Source: an uncultured Lachnospiraceae bacterium
GTDB taxonomy: Bacteria > Bacillota > Clostridia > Oscillospirales > CAG-272
Reading direction: 5' to 3'
Assembly (NCBI GenBank): GCA_964582375.1
Contig: CAZORL010000001.1
Location: 80,065-144,064, forward strand
Length of the DNA: 64,000 nt
The notes beneath the pieces were generated by a model. The model saw only the letters and a list, made by a program, of their open reading frames with translations. It was not told where the DNA came from and made no database searches. Positions 9,225-19,628 of this stretch are shown piece after piece; within the stretch, counting starts at the first letter, position 1; the number at the start of each line of letters is the position of its first letter. The translations under genes and the position numbers were made by a program.

Positions 9225-10622
9225 TTAATTACTTGACTGCTTTAACTTGGCAAGCGAAAGCCTTGTCGGGTGGCAGGCGTATATGTCTCGGCCCTTTATA
9301 AGCAGTTCGCATATGCTGTCGTCCGTCAGCTCGCCGATGATCTTGGCGTCAGACGAGATCAAAATGATGCCGCCGTCTGTTATCAGTGCCGTATCATCTC
9401 CTGCAGTGTACATTTTGTATATATTCCGATCGGTCTCGAATGAACGCTCTGCATCGGCACTCACCTCGAGCACTTTTGATCCGATGTTGTCTGCACCGCT
9501 CTTGATCAAAAGCAAAACGCGATCTTCTCCGATCTTGTAACTAATCGTGCTTCCATCGATCGACGAATAATCAAGCTCTTTTGTGATCTTGCCGTCTTTG
9601 TCGATAAAGCAGACCTTGTTGTCACCGACGAGTACGATCGAGCCGTTCTCCAGATATCTTGCCTCGTACGGAATCGTCCCCTCGAGCGTTATGACAAAAT
9701 CCGGCTCTGTCGATGATGTCGAATGCACCGCGACCTCGGTCATGCTTTTGCCGTTCTCACCTGCATAAAACGATGTGACTATCACCTGCGAGCCGTCGTT
9801 TGATATGTCGATCGATACGGCGTATTTGTTCTTTCTGATGGTTTGGACGAGCTTCATGCTGTCACTGTAGACATTTACCATGCAGTAATGCGATCTGTCG
9901 CGAGTCGCAACGGCATAATATCCTGAATCGGATATCGCCGCATCGGTTATCGGGTAGTCAAATTTTTCGCTTCCGAGCGAATTAAAATAAGAGTAGAGCG
10001 AGTATTCGTTGCCGCCCCTGTCAAAGCAGAGAAGATAGCTGCTTGAGCTTTTCAGCACGGGGGATGAGTAGCTGTTTTTTTCGTCGTAAGCCTTGTTTCC
10101 CGAGCTGTCACATATCATAATGCGCCCATTGCCGACGCTTGCAAAATAATCCTTGTAGACAGCGAAAACACGTCCGTCGTCACGGCTGTATATAATGCCG
10201 CCTGTGTCCTCGGATGGTATGGTCGATGCTTCGAGTCTGAAATTCACATTTCGCATCAAAAATCTGAAATTTTCGACGGTTATCTCGTCGCGGTAGGCAA
10301 TGAACATCATTCCAAGCCAAAGTGCGAAGATGAGAACCGATATCCAAGCGGCAATTCTGAACCTGCCGGATATTTTCAGATAATACATGCTTTGAAGCTC
10401 GCGTTGCTCTTCTTCAAGAGTCGGATCGTCGGGTGGCAGAACATAGAGATTCTCGACTTCATTCTCGGTCAGCGCACCGTTCGGCTTTCTTTTTAACCGC
10501 CGCATCCTCTTTTTTTCGAGTTTTAATTGCTTTTTCTCGGCAGGAGTGAGCTTTTGAGTGCTTTTTTGGGTCAAGGAGAGGCTTCGTCTTGCTCTTTCCT
10601 TTTTATCTTTATCCTTTTTCAT
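9225..10622 (-). CDS. Membrane-anchored protein: poly-basic N-terminus, one TM helix, beta-rich extracytoplasmic domain (possibly DUF5711-like)
   Basis: 465 aa. A Lys/Arg-rich first 60 aa, a TM helix (FRIAAWISVLIFALWLGMMFIAY), then repetitive beta-strand-like segments rich in S/G/D/Y. Confidence 0.5.
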   Translation of the reverse strand: MKKDKDKKERARRSLSLTQKSTQKLTPAEKKQLKLEKKRMRRLKRKPNGALTENEVENLYVLPPDDPTLEEEQRELQSMYYLKISGRFRIAAWISVLIFALWLGMMFIAYRDEITVENFRFLMRNVNFRLEASTIPSEDTGGIIYSRDDGRVFAVYKDYFASVGNGRIMICDSSGNKAYDEKNSYSSPVLKSSSSYLLCFDRGGNEYSLYSYFNSLGSEKFDYPITDAAISDSGYYAVATRDRSHYCMVNVYSDSMKLVQTIRKNKYAVSIDISNDGSQVIVTSFYAGENGKSMTEVAVHSTSSTEPDFVITLEGTIPYEARYLENGSIVLVGDNKVCFIDKDGKITKELDYSSIDGSTISYKIGEDRVLLLIKSGADNIGSKVLEVSADAERSFETDRNIYKMYTAGDDTALITDGGIILISSDAKIIGELTDDSICELLIKGRDIYACHPTRLSLAKLKQSSN

Positions 10623-10676
10623 GGTAAATTATACTCACTGCCTTTCTCAAACCTGCAAACTTGCAAACGTCTGTTT

Positions 10677-11441
10677 TTAGTTTCGGATAATCCTGTATAC
10701 GACTTTGTTAAGATAAAGTCCGTCGGGCGGCAAGGTCGCGCCCGCACGCCGCCTGTCACGAGAGTCAATGATGTTCTCAATGTCCGATATGTCGATCTTT
10801 CCGTCTGATACGGCGACCAGCGTCCCCGATAATATCCTCACCATGTTGTACAGAAATCCGTCCGCCGATACATATATCTTAACAAGATCACCCTCACGCT
10901 CCACACGAAAATCTCTGATCGTTCGCACGGTGGATGAAACGCTCGATCCCTGCGCCATGAACGCCGAAAAATCATGCTTTCCTATAAATTTTTTTGCCGC
11001 AATGTTCATTAGTCCGTCGTCGAGCCTCGTCGGATGGTGCGTTGCCCGTCCCACAAGAAAGGGATCTCTTGTCGGACGGGACAGGATAAGATACATGTAC
11101 TCCTTGTACAATACATCATAACGAGCGTGGAAATCGTCCGAAACCTCGACCGCCGACAGAACCGCAAGATCGGGCGGCAAATATGGTGCTATCGCCAAAG
11201 GAATACGCTCCGGCGGTATGTTGCAGACCTCACCGCCATATGCTGCCTCGGCTGTAAGACAAAACATCAGCGCATGAACCCCGGCGTCGGTTCGCGAACA
11301 GCCGGTGATGAGAAGCTTTTTGTCAAAGAGCTTTTCTGCGGCATCCTGAAAGACACCTTGAACCGTTCTGAGTTTTGGCTGTACCTGAAAGCCGTGAAAA
11401 TTCGTCCCGACATAAGATATCGTAAATAACAGCTTTTTCAT
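10677..11441 (-). CDS. truA: tRNA pseudouridine(38-40) synthase TruA
   Basis: Start MKKLLFTISYVGTNFHGFQVQP and catalytic GCSRTDAGVHA motif. It sits directly after ecfT, as in Firmicute ecfA-ecfA'-ecfT-truA operons. Confidence 0.9.
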   Translation of the reverse strand: MKKLLFTISYVGTNFHGFQVQPKLRTVQGVFQDAAEKLFDKKLLITGCSRTDAGVHALMFCLTAEAAYGGEVCNIPPERIPLAIAPYLPPDLAVLSAVEVSDDFHARYDVLYKEYMYLILSRPTRDPFLVGRATHHPTRLDDGLMNIAAKKFIGKHDFSAFMAQGSSVSSTVRTIRDFRVEREGDLVKIYVSADGFLYNMVRILSGTLVAVSDGKIDISDIENIIDSRDRRRAGATLPPDGLYLNKVVYRIIRN

Positions 11442-11474
11442 GTATTCCTCTCCTCAAAATGGATGATAGCTCTG

Positions 11475-12302
11475 TTAAAAGCAGATTATTTCGGGCATCG
11501 GCAGATAGCGCATGAACACAACGCCCGCACAAAGCAAACTCATGAGAATAAGCGCGACAAAATCGGATGCGTGAAAATGAAGCTTGTTCATTCGCGTTCT
11601 GCCCTCGCCTCCGATGTAACAGCGGCACTCCATCGCCGTTGCAAGCTCTCCCGCATGGCGAACCGATGATACAAAAAGCGGAATAAAGATCGGAAGCAGT
11701 GCCTTCGCTCTCGATATAAGCGACCCTGTTTCAAAATCCGCGCCTCTTGCCTTTTGTGCCGTCATTATCTGATCGGTCTCGTCAACGAGTGTCGGAATAA
11801 AGCGAAGTGCGATCGTCATCATCATGGCAAAGTCGTGAACCGGTATGTGAAATAGCTTGAGCGGCGACAAAAGCTGATCGATCGCATCGGTCAGAGCACT
11901 CGGCGAGGTCGTGTATGTGAGTATCATGCTCGTTCCGATCAGCAGTGCGACAAGCCTCAGAGCGATCAGCAGTGCATAGACGATACCCTCCGCATATATG
12001 TGTATGATTCCAAACTCAAAGATCGCGGTTTCGCCCTTGTGAAGGAAAATGTTCAGTATCGCGGTGAATATCAGAATAAAACGAAGCGGTTTCAGCGATT
12101 TGAGCAGAGTCTTTATCGGTATGCGTCCGATCGGCGCAAGAATGAACCCCAAAAGCGTGATCGTTCCGACAGTGATAATGTCTCCTGCAAGAAAAATTAT
12201 GACAATATAGTAGATCGCAAGTATTATCTTCATTCGGGGATCAAGTCGGTGCAGAGGAGAGTTTCCCGGGAAATATTGTCCCAGCGTGATGTCCTTAAGC
12301 AT
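11475..12302 (-). CDS. ecfT: Energy-coupling factor transporter transmembrane subunit EcfT
   Basis: Start chosen at ATG 12302 (MLKDITLGQYFPGNSPLHRLDPRMK), which overlaps the ecfA2 stop by 8 nt. The longer track ORF from 12350 lies inside ecfA2. Confidence 0.85.
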   Translation of the reverse strand: MLKDITLGQYFPGNSPLHRLDPRMKIILAIYYIVIIFLAGDIITVGTITLLGFILAPIGRIPIKTLLKSLKPLRFILIFTAILNIFLHKGETAIFEFGIIHIYAEGIVYALLIALRLVALLIGTSMILTYTTSPSALTDAIDQLLSPLKLFHIPVHDFAMMMTIALRFIPTLVDETDQIMTAQKARGADFETGSLISRAKALLPIFIPLFVSSVRHAGELATAMECRCYIGGEGRTRMNKLHFHASDFVALILMSLLCAGVVFMRYLPMPEIICF

Positions 12303-13236
12303 GCTCGTGACCTCCCTTCGAAAGAAGACGCAGGATCTCGTGCTCGGCATCCTCGACAGTGAATATCCCCTGTGATATCGGATATCCGCGACGCCTTAGC
12401 TCAAGCATGATCGAACTGACCTGCGGTATGTCAAGTCCCATGGAGCAAAGAGTGTCGGATCTCGAAAAGATCTCTGACTTGCTCCCTGCCATGGCAAGCT
12501 TGCCGCCGTTCATGACGATTATGTCGTCACTGTAGCGCGCCATGTCCTCCATCGAGTGACTGACAATAATAACCGTTGCACCTGTCTTTTCTCGGTATTC
12601 CAGCAGTCCCGAAAAAACAGTCTCGCGTCCGATCGGATCAAGCCCGGAGGCGGGCTCGTCAAGTATGAGCACCTCGGGACGCATCGCGATAACTCCGGCT
12701 ATCGCCGCGCGCCTTTTTTGCCCGCCCGAAAGCTCAAACGGCGATTTTTCCATAAGCTCAGGCTCAAGACGGACGAATGCGGCCGCCTCTTTCACTCTTT
12801 GATCGATCTCTTCCTCCGATAGCCCTTGATTCTTCGGTCCAAATGCAATGTCGCGTGCGACCGTCTCGTCAAAAAGCTGATATTCGGGATATTGGAAAAC
12901 AAGTCCTACGCGAAATCTTACACTTTGAAGTCTCTTTTTGTCGAGAAAAATGTCCTCTCCGTCGAGATAGATCTTGCCCTCGTCGGGACGAAGAAGTCCG
13001 CACATCATCTGAACAAGTGTCGATTTGCCCGAACCCGTGTGCCCGATTATTCCCGTGATGCTCGACCGTCTGATCGACAGCGTCAGATCATCAACAGCTT
13101 TTTTGTAAAAGACAGTGTCTTTGCCGTAGCTGTAGCCTACCCCACAAAGCTCTATAATGTTTTCGCTGTTGTGCTTGTATGCGACCTCGAAAGTGTTCTG
13201 TATCTGTTTTGTGTCTTTTTTTTGTTTCTTTCGCAT
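12295..13236 (-). CDS. ecfA2: ECF transporter ATPase EcfA2
   Basis: Walker A GHTGSGKST, signature LSGGQKRRAAIAG and Walker B LILDEPASGLD. It is the second ATPase of the ecf operon. Confidence 0.85.
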   Translation of the reverse strand: MRKKQKKDTKQIQNTFEVAYKHNSENIIELCGVGYSYGKDTVFYKKAVDDLTLSIRRSSITGIIGHTGSGKSTLVQMMCGLLRPDEGKIYLDGEDIFLDKKRLQSVRFRVGLVFQYPEYQLFDETVARDIAFGPKNQGLSEEEIDQRVKEAAAFVRLEPELMEKSPFELSGGQKRRAAIAGVIAMRPEVLILDEPASGLDPIGRETVFSGLLEYREKTGATVIIVSHSMEDMARYSDDIIVMNGGKLAMAGSKSEIFSRSDTLCSMGLDIPQVSSIMLELRRRGYPISQGIFTVEDAEHEILRLLSKGGHEHA

Positions 13237-13262
13237 TTTAATGCCTTTATTTTAGTCTTTTG

Positions 13263-14174
13263 TTAAATAAACTTGCCGTTTTCGTCGAGAAGAGCAGCAA
13301 TGGCATCGACGGCGGCTGCCTCTGATATTATCTCGTCGGGAAGCTTTGCTCCCGCCGTGCGGAGCTTGTGTATAAGCTCACTTGCCTGCGGAACTGCAAG
13401 CCCCATTGCGTGAAGCTTATCGACCCTTGTGAAGATCTCGCTTGGCGTGCCGTCAAGGGTTATCCTGCCGTCATCGAGAACTATTACTCGGTCGGCAAGG
13501 ATCGCCTCGTCCATATTATGCGTGATCGTTATTATCGTCATCCCATTCTCGCGGTTTAGCTTTTGCATGATCTTCATTACATCGGATCTGCCGAGAGGGT
13601 CAAGCATCGCGGTGGATTCGTCAAATATTATGCAGTCGGGCATCATGGCAATAACGCCCGCTATCGCTATACGCTGTTTTTGACCGCCCGACAGCTTTGA
13701 CGGTGCGTGACGAGCGTATTCGGTCATGCCGACAGCCGCGAGAGCATCCTCGACACGGCGGCGTATCTCGTGTGGCTCAATTCCGAGATTTTCCGGACCG
13801 AACGCCACATCTTCTTCGACAACTGTAGCCACGAGCTGGTTGTCGGGATTTTGAAACACCATTCCGAGTGAACGCCTGACCTTGATAATGTCGTCGTCGG
13901 TCATTTCTTGATTGAATTTTATGCCGTTTACCGTGATCTCACCCGAGGTCGGTTCGAGAATTAGCGATAAAAGTCTTGCAAGCGTCGATTTGCCCGACCC
14001 GTTTCGCCCGAGTACAGCGGTAAACGACCCCTTTTCGATGGTGAGGTCAAGACCTTTCAAAACCTCGATCGGTCTGTCCTCGTCGTCGATGTAGTGAAAG
14101 CAGAGGTCTTTTATCTCAATGTACGGTGTGTGGATTGTATTCTTTTCTGTATTATCTGTATTTTTGCTGTGCAT
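13263..14174 (-). CDS. ecfA1: ECF transporter ATPase EcfA1
   Basis: Walker A GRNGSGKST, LSGGQKQRIAIAG and IIFDESTAMLD. Start set at ATG 14174 (MHSKNT), which has an AAGGAG 9 nt upstream. Alternative starts are 14204 (ATGA overlap with the upstream stop) or 14219. Confidence 0.85.
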   Translation of the reverse strand: MHSKNTDNTEKNTIHTPYIEIKDLCFHYIDDEDRPIEVLKGLDLTIEKGSFTAVLGRNGSGKSTLARLLSLILEPTSGEITVNGIKFNQEMTDDDIIKVRRSLGMVFQNPDNQLVATVVEEDVAFGPENLGIEPHEIRRRVEDALAAVGMTEYARHAPSKLSGGQKQRIAIAGVIAMMPDCIIFDESTAMLDPLGRSDVMKIMQKLNRENGMTIITITHNMDEAILADRVIVLDDGRITLDGTPSEIFTRVDKLHAMGLAVPQASELIHKLRTAGAKLPDEIISEAAAVDAIAALLDENGKFI

Positions 14175-14200
14175 ATTGCCAAGCTCCTTTTTTGCTTGGA

Positions 14201-15076
14201 TCATCTTTTCGGTGTCCATCTTGCGGCGGCACCGCAGGGAAGGATCAGCCCTCGCTCGGAAACAGGCAGCCCGACCTCGTCGCAGTCAACAGTCCCGTCA
14301 AAAGAGTCTGCAAAAGCCGCTTGAAGGACGTATCCCATCGTAGATGCCGAAAGACCTGTGGTGTATGAATTGATCAGGACAAACAGCGGATCGGACGAAA
14401 GAACGCCCGAGCAAAGCTTAACAAATTCGAAAATGTTGTCTTCGAGTTTCCATATCTCGCCCGTTGGACCTCTTCCGTATGAGGGCGGATCCATTATTAT
14501 CGCATCGTATTTGTTTCCGCGGCGAATTTCGCGCTCGATAAATTTCTGACAGTCGTCAACTATCCATCTTATCGGCGCGTCCGACAGCCCCGAGAGAGCG
14601 GCGTTTTCTCTGGCCTTTGCAACAATGCCGCGAGCCGCATCGACATGAGTGACCGATGCACCTGCCTTTGCGGCGGCAAGGGTCGCACCTCCGGTATATG
14701 CGAAAAGATTTAACAGCTTGATCGGTCTTCCCGTGCCTTTTATCAGCTCGGAAAACCATTCCCAGTTGACCGCTTGCTCGGGAAATAGCCCGGTGTGCTT
14801 AAATCCCATCGGTTTTATCTTAAATTTCAGTCCGAGCCTCTCGTAGCCGATGACCCATTCCTCGGGCAGTCGCTCGGTGCCGTTCCAATGACCGCCGCCT
14901 CCGCTCGATCTGCTGTATGAAGCATTTGCACGCTTCCATAAAGGCGAGCGTCCGCAATCCTTCCATATCACCTGCGGATCGGGACGGATGAGCGTGTATT
15001 TTCCCCAACGTTCGAGCCGCTTGCCGTCCGAGCTGTCTATAAGCTCGTAATCTGTCCATTTATCGGATATAAACAT
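14201..15076 (-). CDS. Class I SAM-dependent (RlmI/RlmK-like, COG1092-type) methyltransferase
   Basis: 291 aa with SAM-binding LLNLFAYTGGATLAAA and the DPPSYGRG motif (DPP[SF] typical of this family). Confidence 0.7.
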   Translation of the reverse strand: MFISDKWTDYELIDSSDGKRLERWGKYTLIRPDPQVIWKDCGRSPLWKRANASYSRSSGGGGHWNGTERLPEEWVIGYERLGLKFKIKPMGFKHTGLFPEQAVNWEWFSELIKGTGRPIKLLNLFAYTGGATLAAAKAGASVTHVDAARGIVAKARENAALSGLSDAPIRWIVDDCQKFIEREIRRGNKYDAIIMDPPSYGRGPTGEIWKLEDNIFEFVKLCSGVLSSDPLFVLINSYTTGLSASTMGYVLQAAFADSFDGTVDCDEVGLPVSERGLILPCGAAARWTPKR

Positions 15077-15099
15077 TTGTGTCTGTGTCCTTCTTGCTT

Positions 15100-16167
15100 T
15101 TATTCATTCGTGCCGTCGGCGTCAAAAAGCCCGACCTGCTCCGAATTTGCGCCTGCGGGTCTGTATTCAAGCCCGAGATGCTCGTAAGCGAGCCTTGTCG
15201 CACATCTCCCTCGCGGAGTTCGTGATAAAAATCCTATCTGCATAAGATAAGGCTCGTAAACATCCTCGATAGTGACCGATTCCTCGCCCACCGTGGCTGA
15301 TAGTGTCTCAAGCCCGACAGGACCGCCGCCGTACAGCTTTATGATCGTTTCAAGCATTCGTCTGTCAACACTGTCGAGTCCGAGTCCGTCGATCTCGAGT
15401 GCGGTAAGAGCGTACCTCGCTATGTCACCGTCGATTATGCCCTTGCCCTTGACCTGTGCAAAATCGCGAACTCTCTTTAACAGCCTGTTCGCAATTCTCG
15501 GCGTTCCGCGCGAGCAAAGGGCTATCTGACGCGCACCATCCTCGGTTATGTTAAACTCGAGTATTCTTGCCGATCTTGTGACGATGCGCGCAAGCTCGTC
15601 GGCATTGTAAAGCTCAAGCTTTAAGACCACTCCGAATCTGTCGCGGAGAGGGGTCGATAATTGTCCGGCACGCGTCGTTGCGCCGATCAGCGTAAAATGC
15701 GGAAGTTTCATGCGAAATGATCTTGCCGCAGGACCCTTTCCTATGATTATGTCTATTTCAAAATCTTCCATTGCAGGGTAGAGAACCTCTTCGACCAGCC
15801 TTGGCAGACGGTGTATCTCGTCTATGAAAAGTATGTCGTTTTCCTGTAGATTCGTGAGCAGGGCGACAAGATCGCCCGCTTTCTCGATCGCAGGCCCGGA
15901 TGTTATCCGTATGTTTACGTTCATCTCGGCGGCAATGATCGCAGAGAGCGTTGTTTTACCCAGACCGGGCGGTCCGTAGAGCAGAACATGGTCGAGCATG
16001 TCACCGCGCATTCGAGCCGCCTCTATATAAATCTTTAAGTTTTCTTTCGCTTTTTCCTGTCCGATATATTCGGATAAACGTTGCGGACGAAGTGTGGTTT
16101 CCGTGTCGGTGTCGTTTTCCGTGTATTCGGCGGAGAGCATTCGGTTGTCAAGTTCAAAATCTTCCAT
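15100..16167 (-). CDS. ruvB: Holliday junction branch-migration helicase RuvB
   Basis: [19 protein letters not shown], Walker [12 protein letters not shown] and Walker [10 protein letters not shown]. Follows ruvA. Confidence 0.95.
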   Translation of the reverse strand: MEDFELDNRMLSAEYTENDTDTETTLRPQRLSEYIGQEKAKENLKIYIEAARMRGDMLDHVLLYGPPGLGKTTLSAIIAAEMNVNIRITSGPAIEKAGDLVALLTNLQENDILFIDEIHRLPRLVEEVLYPAMEDFEIDIIIGKGPAARSFRMKLPHFTLIGATTRAGQLSTPLRDRFGVVLKLELYNADELARIVTRSARILEFNITEDGARQIALCSRGTPRIANRLLKRVRDFAQVKGKGIIDGDIARYALTALEIDGLGLDSVDRRMLETIIKLYGGGPVGLETLSATVGEESVTIEDVYEPYLMQIGFLSRTPRGRCATRLAYEHLGLEYRPAGANSEQVGLFDADGTNE

Positions 16168-16199
16168 CGTTTGCTGTGAAACCGTCCTTTCGATAGTTA

Positions 16200-16817
16200 T
16201 CAGCCCTTCATGAGTCTCTTGAGACCCTCGCGTATCAGACTTTCGGCATCAAGCGTTTGGTCAAGCGTCTCAAGCGCATAACTTGCCTCGGCGCGCGTGT
16301 ATCCGAGTACCATAAGTGCGGCGTGCGCATCTGCCACAGCCGATGTCCCGACTGCCTCATCAGACAATATGTCGCGAGCAGTGCCGACCTCGCCCTTTGG
16401 TGCACCGAGTACCTTTGATACCTTGTCCTTCAGCTCAAGGACGATCCTCTCGGCGATCTTTTTGCCGACACCGTTTGCCTTGCAGATGAGTTTCGTGTCA
16501 CCCGATATGACCGCACCCGACAGACGGTCGGGGGTCAGCACCGACAAAACGGCAAGTGCCGCCTTTGGACCGACGCCCGATACCGATATAAGCAGTTCAA
16601 AGGCTTTCTTTTCTTCTTCGTCAGCAAAGCCGAAAAGCTCCATGGCATCCTCGCGAACCGAAAAATAGGTGAAGAGCTTTACAAATTCGCCCTCTTTTCC
16701 CGAAAGGCGACCGAGCGTGTTTGATGATATATTCAGCATGTACCCGACACCGCCCGCATCGATGATCGCCATCGATGTCGAAAGTCCCGACAGTGTTCCC
16801 GAAATGTAATAATACAT
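16200..16817 (-). CDS. ruvA: Holliday junction DNA-binding protein RuvA
   Basis: MYYYISGTL...GVGYML start and HhH motifs ([34 protein letters not shown]). Confidence 0.9.
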   Translation of the reverse strand: MYYYISGTLSGLSTSMAIIDAGGVGYMLNISSNTLGRLSGKEGEFVKLFTYFSVREDAMELFGFADEEEKKAFELLISVSGVGPKAALAVLSVLTPDRLSGAVISGDTKLICKANGVGKKIAERIVLELKDKVSKVLGAPKGEVGTARDILSDEAVGTSAVADAHAALMVLGYTRAEASYALETLDQTLDAESLIREGLKRLMKG

Positions 16818-16859
16818 AAAAAAGCCTCTCCTTTTTGCCGTTGTCGGTTGATATTTTCG

Positions 16860-17360
16860 TTATTTCAAGTTGTAATATTCCCTAAGCCTGCTGCCTCCAG
16901 TGTGGGCGTGGCAGATCGCTATCGCAAGCGCATCACATGTGTCATCAAGCTTTGGTGCGTTTGAAAGCGATAAAAAGGTCTTGACCATAAGCATGACCTG
17001 CGTTTTTGTCGCTTTTCCATAGCCGACGACCGACTGCTTTACTTGCAGAGGAGTGTACTCGAAGACCTCGACACCCTTTTCGGCAGCTGACAGCAGTATA
17101 ACCCCTCTCGCCTCGGCGACGATTATGCCGGTCGTCGCATTTGTATTGAAAAACAGCTCTTCAACCGCCATTGCGTCGGGATGATAGAGATCGATCAACT
17201 CGCAAAGCTCTTTTTTGATCTGCAAAAGCCGTAACTCGACAGGAGTGTGCGCCGGTGTTTGAATCGCGCCGAATGCAAGCGTGCGAAAACGCGAATTTTT
17301 GTATTCGATCACACCGTATCCGACGATCGCGATGCCGGGATCTATTCCGAGTATTATCAT
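16860..17360 (-). CDS. ruvC: Crossover junction endodeoxyribonuclease RuvC
   Basis: MIILGIDPGIAIVGYGVIEY start, and the acidic catalytic residues and DALAIAICHAH end are typical of RuvC. Confidence 0.9.
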   Translation of the reverse strand: MIILGIDPGIAIVGYGVIEYKNSRFRTLAFGAIQTPAHTPVELRLLQIKKELCELIDLYHPDAMAVEELFFNTNATTGIIVAEARGVILLSAAEKGVEVFEYTPLQVKQSVVGYGKATKTQVMLMVKTFLSLSNAPKLDDTCDALAIAICHAHTGGSRLREYYNLK

Positions 17361-17465
17361 TGTCGCCGACCCCTTTCGCGGTCAATAGTATATCATCTTA
17401 TTATATCATACAACGCCTGTTTTGCGGCAGAACAATTTGTAAACTTTTTATTATTTTTCAAAAAA

Positions 17466-17506
17466 GTATAAAAAACACAGATATCCGTGAGTGATGACTC
17501 ACGGAT
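17466..17506 (-). terminator. Rho-independent terminator after proC
   Basis: Perfect 10-bp stem ATCCGTGAGT / ACTCACGGAT (17483-17506) with a 4-nt loop, followed on the minus strand by GTTTTTTATAC. Confidence 0.8.
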
Positions 17507-17523
17507 GCCTGTATTCTGTCGGA

Positions 17524-18357
17524 TCACTTCTTAAAAAGCTCGGATGAACGCTTCTTTGATGCCGCTACCGCATCTGATACAGCCGCTCTGAATGCCGATC
17601 GTTCGAGAACCGAAACACCCTCGATCGTGCTCCCTCCGGGTGAGCAGACCGCATCACGGAGCGCACAAAGGTGCATATTGCTCTCAAGCGCAAGTGCTGC
17701 ACTGCCCAAAACCGTCTGCTTTGCAAGCTCTTCGGCAAGCACTCTCGGCAGACCGCTCCGAACACCGCCCTCTGCAAGAGCGTCCATAAAAATATCGACA
17801 AATGCAGGTGCACAGCCGGATATCGCTCCTCCCGCATCAAAGAGCTTTTCGTCAAGATCGACTGTTTTGCCGCTTTGCTCAAAAAGCCTGTCAAAGTCGG
17901 CAATGTGCTCCGTCCCCGACTCATTGCAGGCACGAAGGATCACGCCTTGGCCGATCGATACCGGAGTGTTCGGCATTATCCTGATGATCGGTGTTTTTGA
18001 GGGGAGCATACTCTCTATATCGGATATCGTCACTCCTGCCGCCATGCTGACAAGACAGAACTTCTCGCCGCGACAAGCCCTTTCGGAAAGTATTGGGGCG
18101 ATCTCGGATATCACGCCCGAGATCAAGGACGGCTTTACTCCGAGCATGATCATGCTCGATGAACGTGCGACTGCGGTATTGTCTCCGACTGCGACCGATA
18201 GCTCGCCCGCAAGAGCCTCGGCTTTGCTTTTTGTTCTGTTGGAAAGAATGATCGACTCCGTCGTTCTCGATGCCGCTCTCGCGAGTGCCGCACCCATGTT
18301 GCCGACACCGATCACACCAAGCTCATATTTGCCCAACTCGTGTCCGTTGTTTCCCAT
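17524..18357 (-). CDS. proC: Pyrroline-5-carboxylate reductase ProC
   Basis: Start set at ATG 18357 (MGNNGHELGKYELGVIGVGNMGAALA, Rossmann motif) with a GGAGG 6-7 nt upstream. The track ORF extension to 18480 overlaps proA. Confidence 0.85.
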   Translation of the reverse strand: MGNNGHELGKYELGVIGVGNMGAALARAASRTTESIILSNRTKSKAEALAGELSVAVGDNTAVARSSSMIMLGVKPSLISGVISEIAPILSERACRGEKFCLVSMAAGVTISDIESMLPSKTPIIRIMPNTPVSIGQGVILRACNESGTEHIADFDRLFEQSGKTVDLDEKLFDAGGAISGCAPAFVDIFMDALAEGGVRSGLPRVLAEELAKQTVLGSAALALESNMHLCALRDAVCSPGGSTIEGVSVLERSAFRAAVSDAVAASKKRSSELFKK

Positions 18358-18368
18358 AAGCCCTCCGT

Positions 18369-19628
18369 TTATTTGCGTGTCTGTCCGTTTCCGTGAATAA
18401 TGTATTTGTAAGATGTCAACTCGCAGAGCCCGACAGGACCGCGTGCGTGCAATTTTTGTGTTGATATTCCCATTTCGCAACCAAGCCCGAACTGTCCGCC
18501 GTCGGTGAATCTCGTTGATGCGTTAACATATACGGCGGCACTGTCAACCGCTCTTGTAAAGAATTCTGCGGCATCTGCATCTTCGGTCACGATCGCCTCC
18601 GAGTGTCCGGTCGAATGCGCGGCGATGTGATCTGTCGCATCCTTTACCGAGTTGACGATCTTGACCGCTAAAATGTAGTCGAGGAATTCGGTGTCAAAAT
18701 CACGCTCGCCCGCAGGTGTTCCGTCGATCACTTTATGCGCCGCCTCGTCAAGCCTTAACTCGACGCAGGGAAGAGAGGCGGATGCTCGCCTGTCAACAAG
18801 TCTCTCTTTGAGCCTTGGTAAAAAGCGATCCGCAATGTCGCGGTGAACAAGGCAGACCTCGGCGGCGTTGCATACCGACGGTCTGCTCGTCTTGGCGTTC
18901 TCGACAATGTCAAGTGCCTTTTCGATGTCGGCATCCTTGTCAACATAAATGTGACATATTCCCGTCCCAGTTTGAAGAACGGGAACTTTTGCGCCTCTTA
19001 CGCAAGCCGATATCAATCCCGCGCCACCTCTCGGTATCAGAAGGTCAACATATCCGACCGCCTGCATTATCTCGTCCGCCGATCGGTGATCGGTGTCCTC
19101 AATAAGGCAGATCGCATCGGTCGGTATCCCTGCCGTCCGAAGTCCCTGTCGCATTGCGGAAACAATTGCACCCGACGAGCGGATGGCGTCTCTGCCTGTT
19201 CGCAAAAGGCAGGAATTTCCCGATTTTATGCAGAGTGCCGCGGCATCCGATGTGACATTCGGACGGCTCTCGTATATGATCGCGACAAGTCCCAGCGGAA
19301 CGGCACGCTTTTCAAGCTGTAAGCCGTTTTCGAGCACACGGCTCTCTATCACACGCCCGATGGGGTCGGGAAGCTTTGTCAGCGCACGTATGCCGTTTGC
19401 CATGTCTGCGATCCTCTGGTCGGTCAGTGTCAGCCTGTCGATCATTGCCGATGACAGACGACCGCGCGCCGCATCAAGATCTGCGGCGTTTGCCGACAGT
19501 ATCTCACCTTTTTTTGCCATTACGGCATCCGCCATGAGACAAAGTGCATGGTCTTTTTCGGCAGATGTGAGTGCCGCAACAGACGGTGCCGCGCTTTTTG
19601 CGGCGGATATTATTTCACTCGAAGTCAT
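18369..19628 (-). CDS. proA: Gamma-glutamyl phosphate reductase ProA
   Basis: 419 aa aldehyde-dehydrogenase fold with VIYESRPNVT and NASTRFTDGGQFG motifs. TAATG overlap with proB. Confidence 0.9.
   Translation of the reverse strand: MTSSEIISAAKSAAPSVAALTSAEKDHALCLMADAVMAKKGEILSANAADLDAARGRLSSAMIDRLTLTDQRIADMANGIRALTKLPDPIGRVIESRVLENGLQLEKRAVPLGLVAIIYESRPNVTSDAAALCIKSGNSCLLRTGRDAIRSSGAIVSAMRQGLRTAGIPTDAICLIEDTDHRSADEIMQAVGYVDLLIPRGGAGLISACVRGAKVPVLQTGTGICHIYVDKDADIEKALDIVENAKTSRPSVCNAAEVCLVHRDIADRFLPRLKERLVDRRASASLPCVELRLDEAAHKVIDGTPAGERDFDTEFLDYILAVKIVNSVKDATDHIAAHSTGHSEAIVTEDADAAEFFTRAVDSAAVYVNASTRFTDGGQFGLGCEMGISTQKLHARGPVGLCELTSYKYIIHGNGQTRK

Noticed and set aside
17627-18400. 257-aa plus-strand ORF, and other ORFs over 200 aa antisense to proC, the activase gene (42691..43527) and the CobW-like gene (52774..53592)
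   Set aside because: All lie opposite strongly supported genes and translate to Ser/Ala/Pro- or Arg-rich low-complexity sequence.
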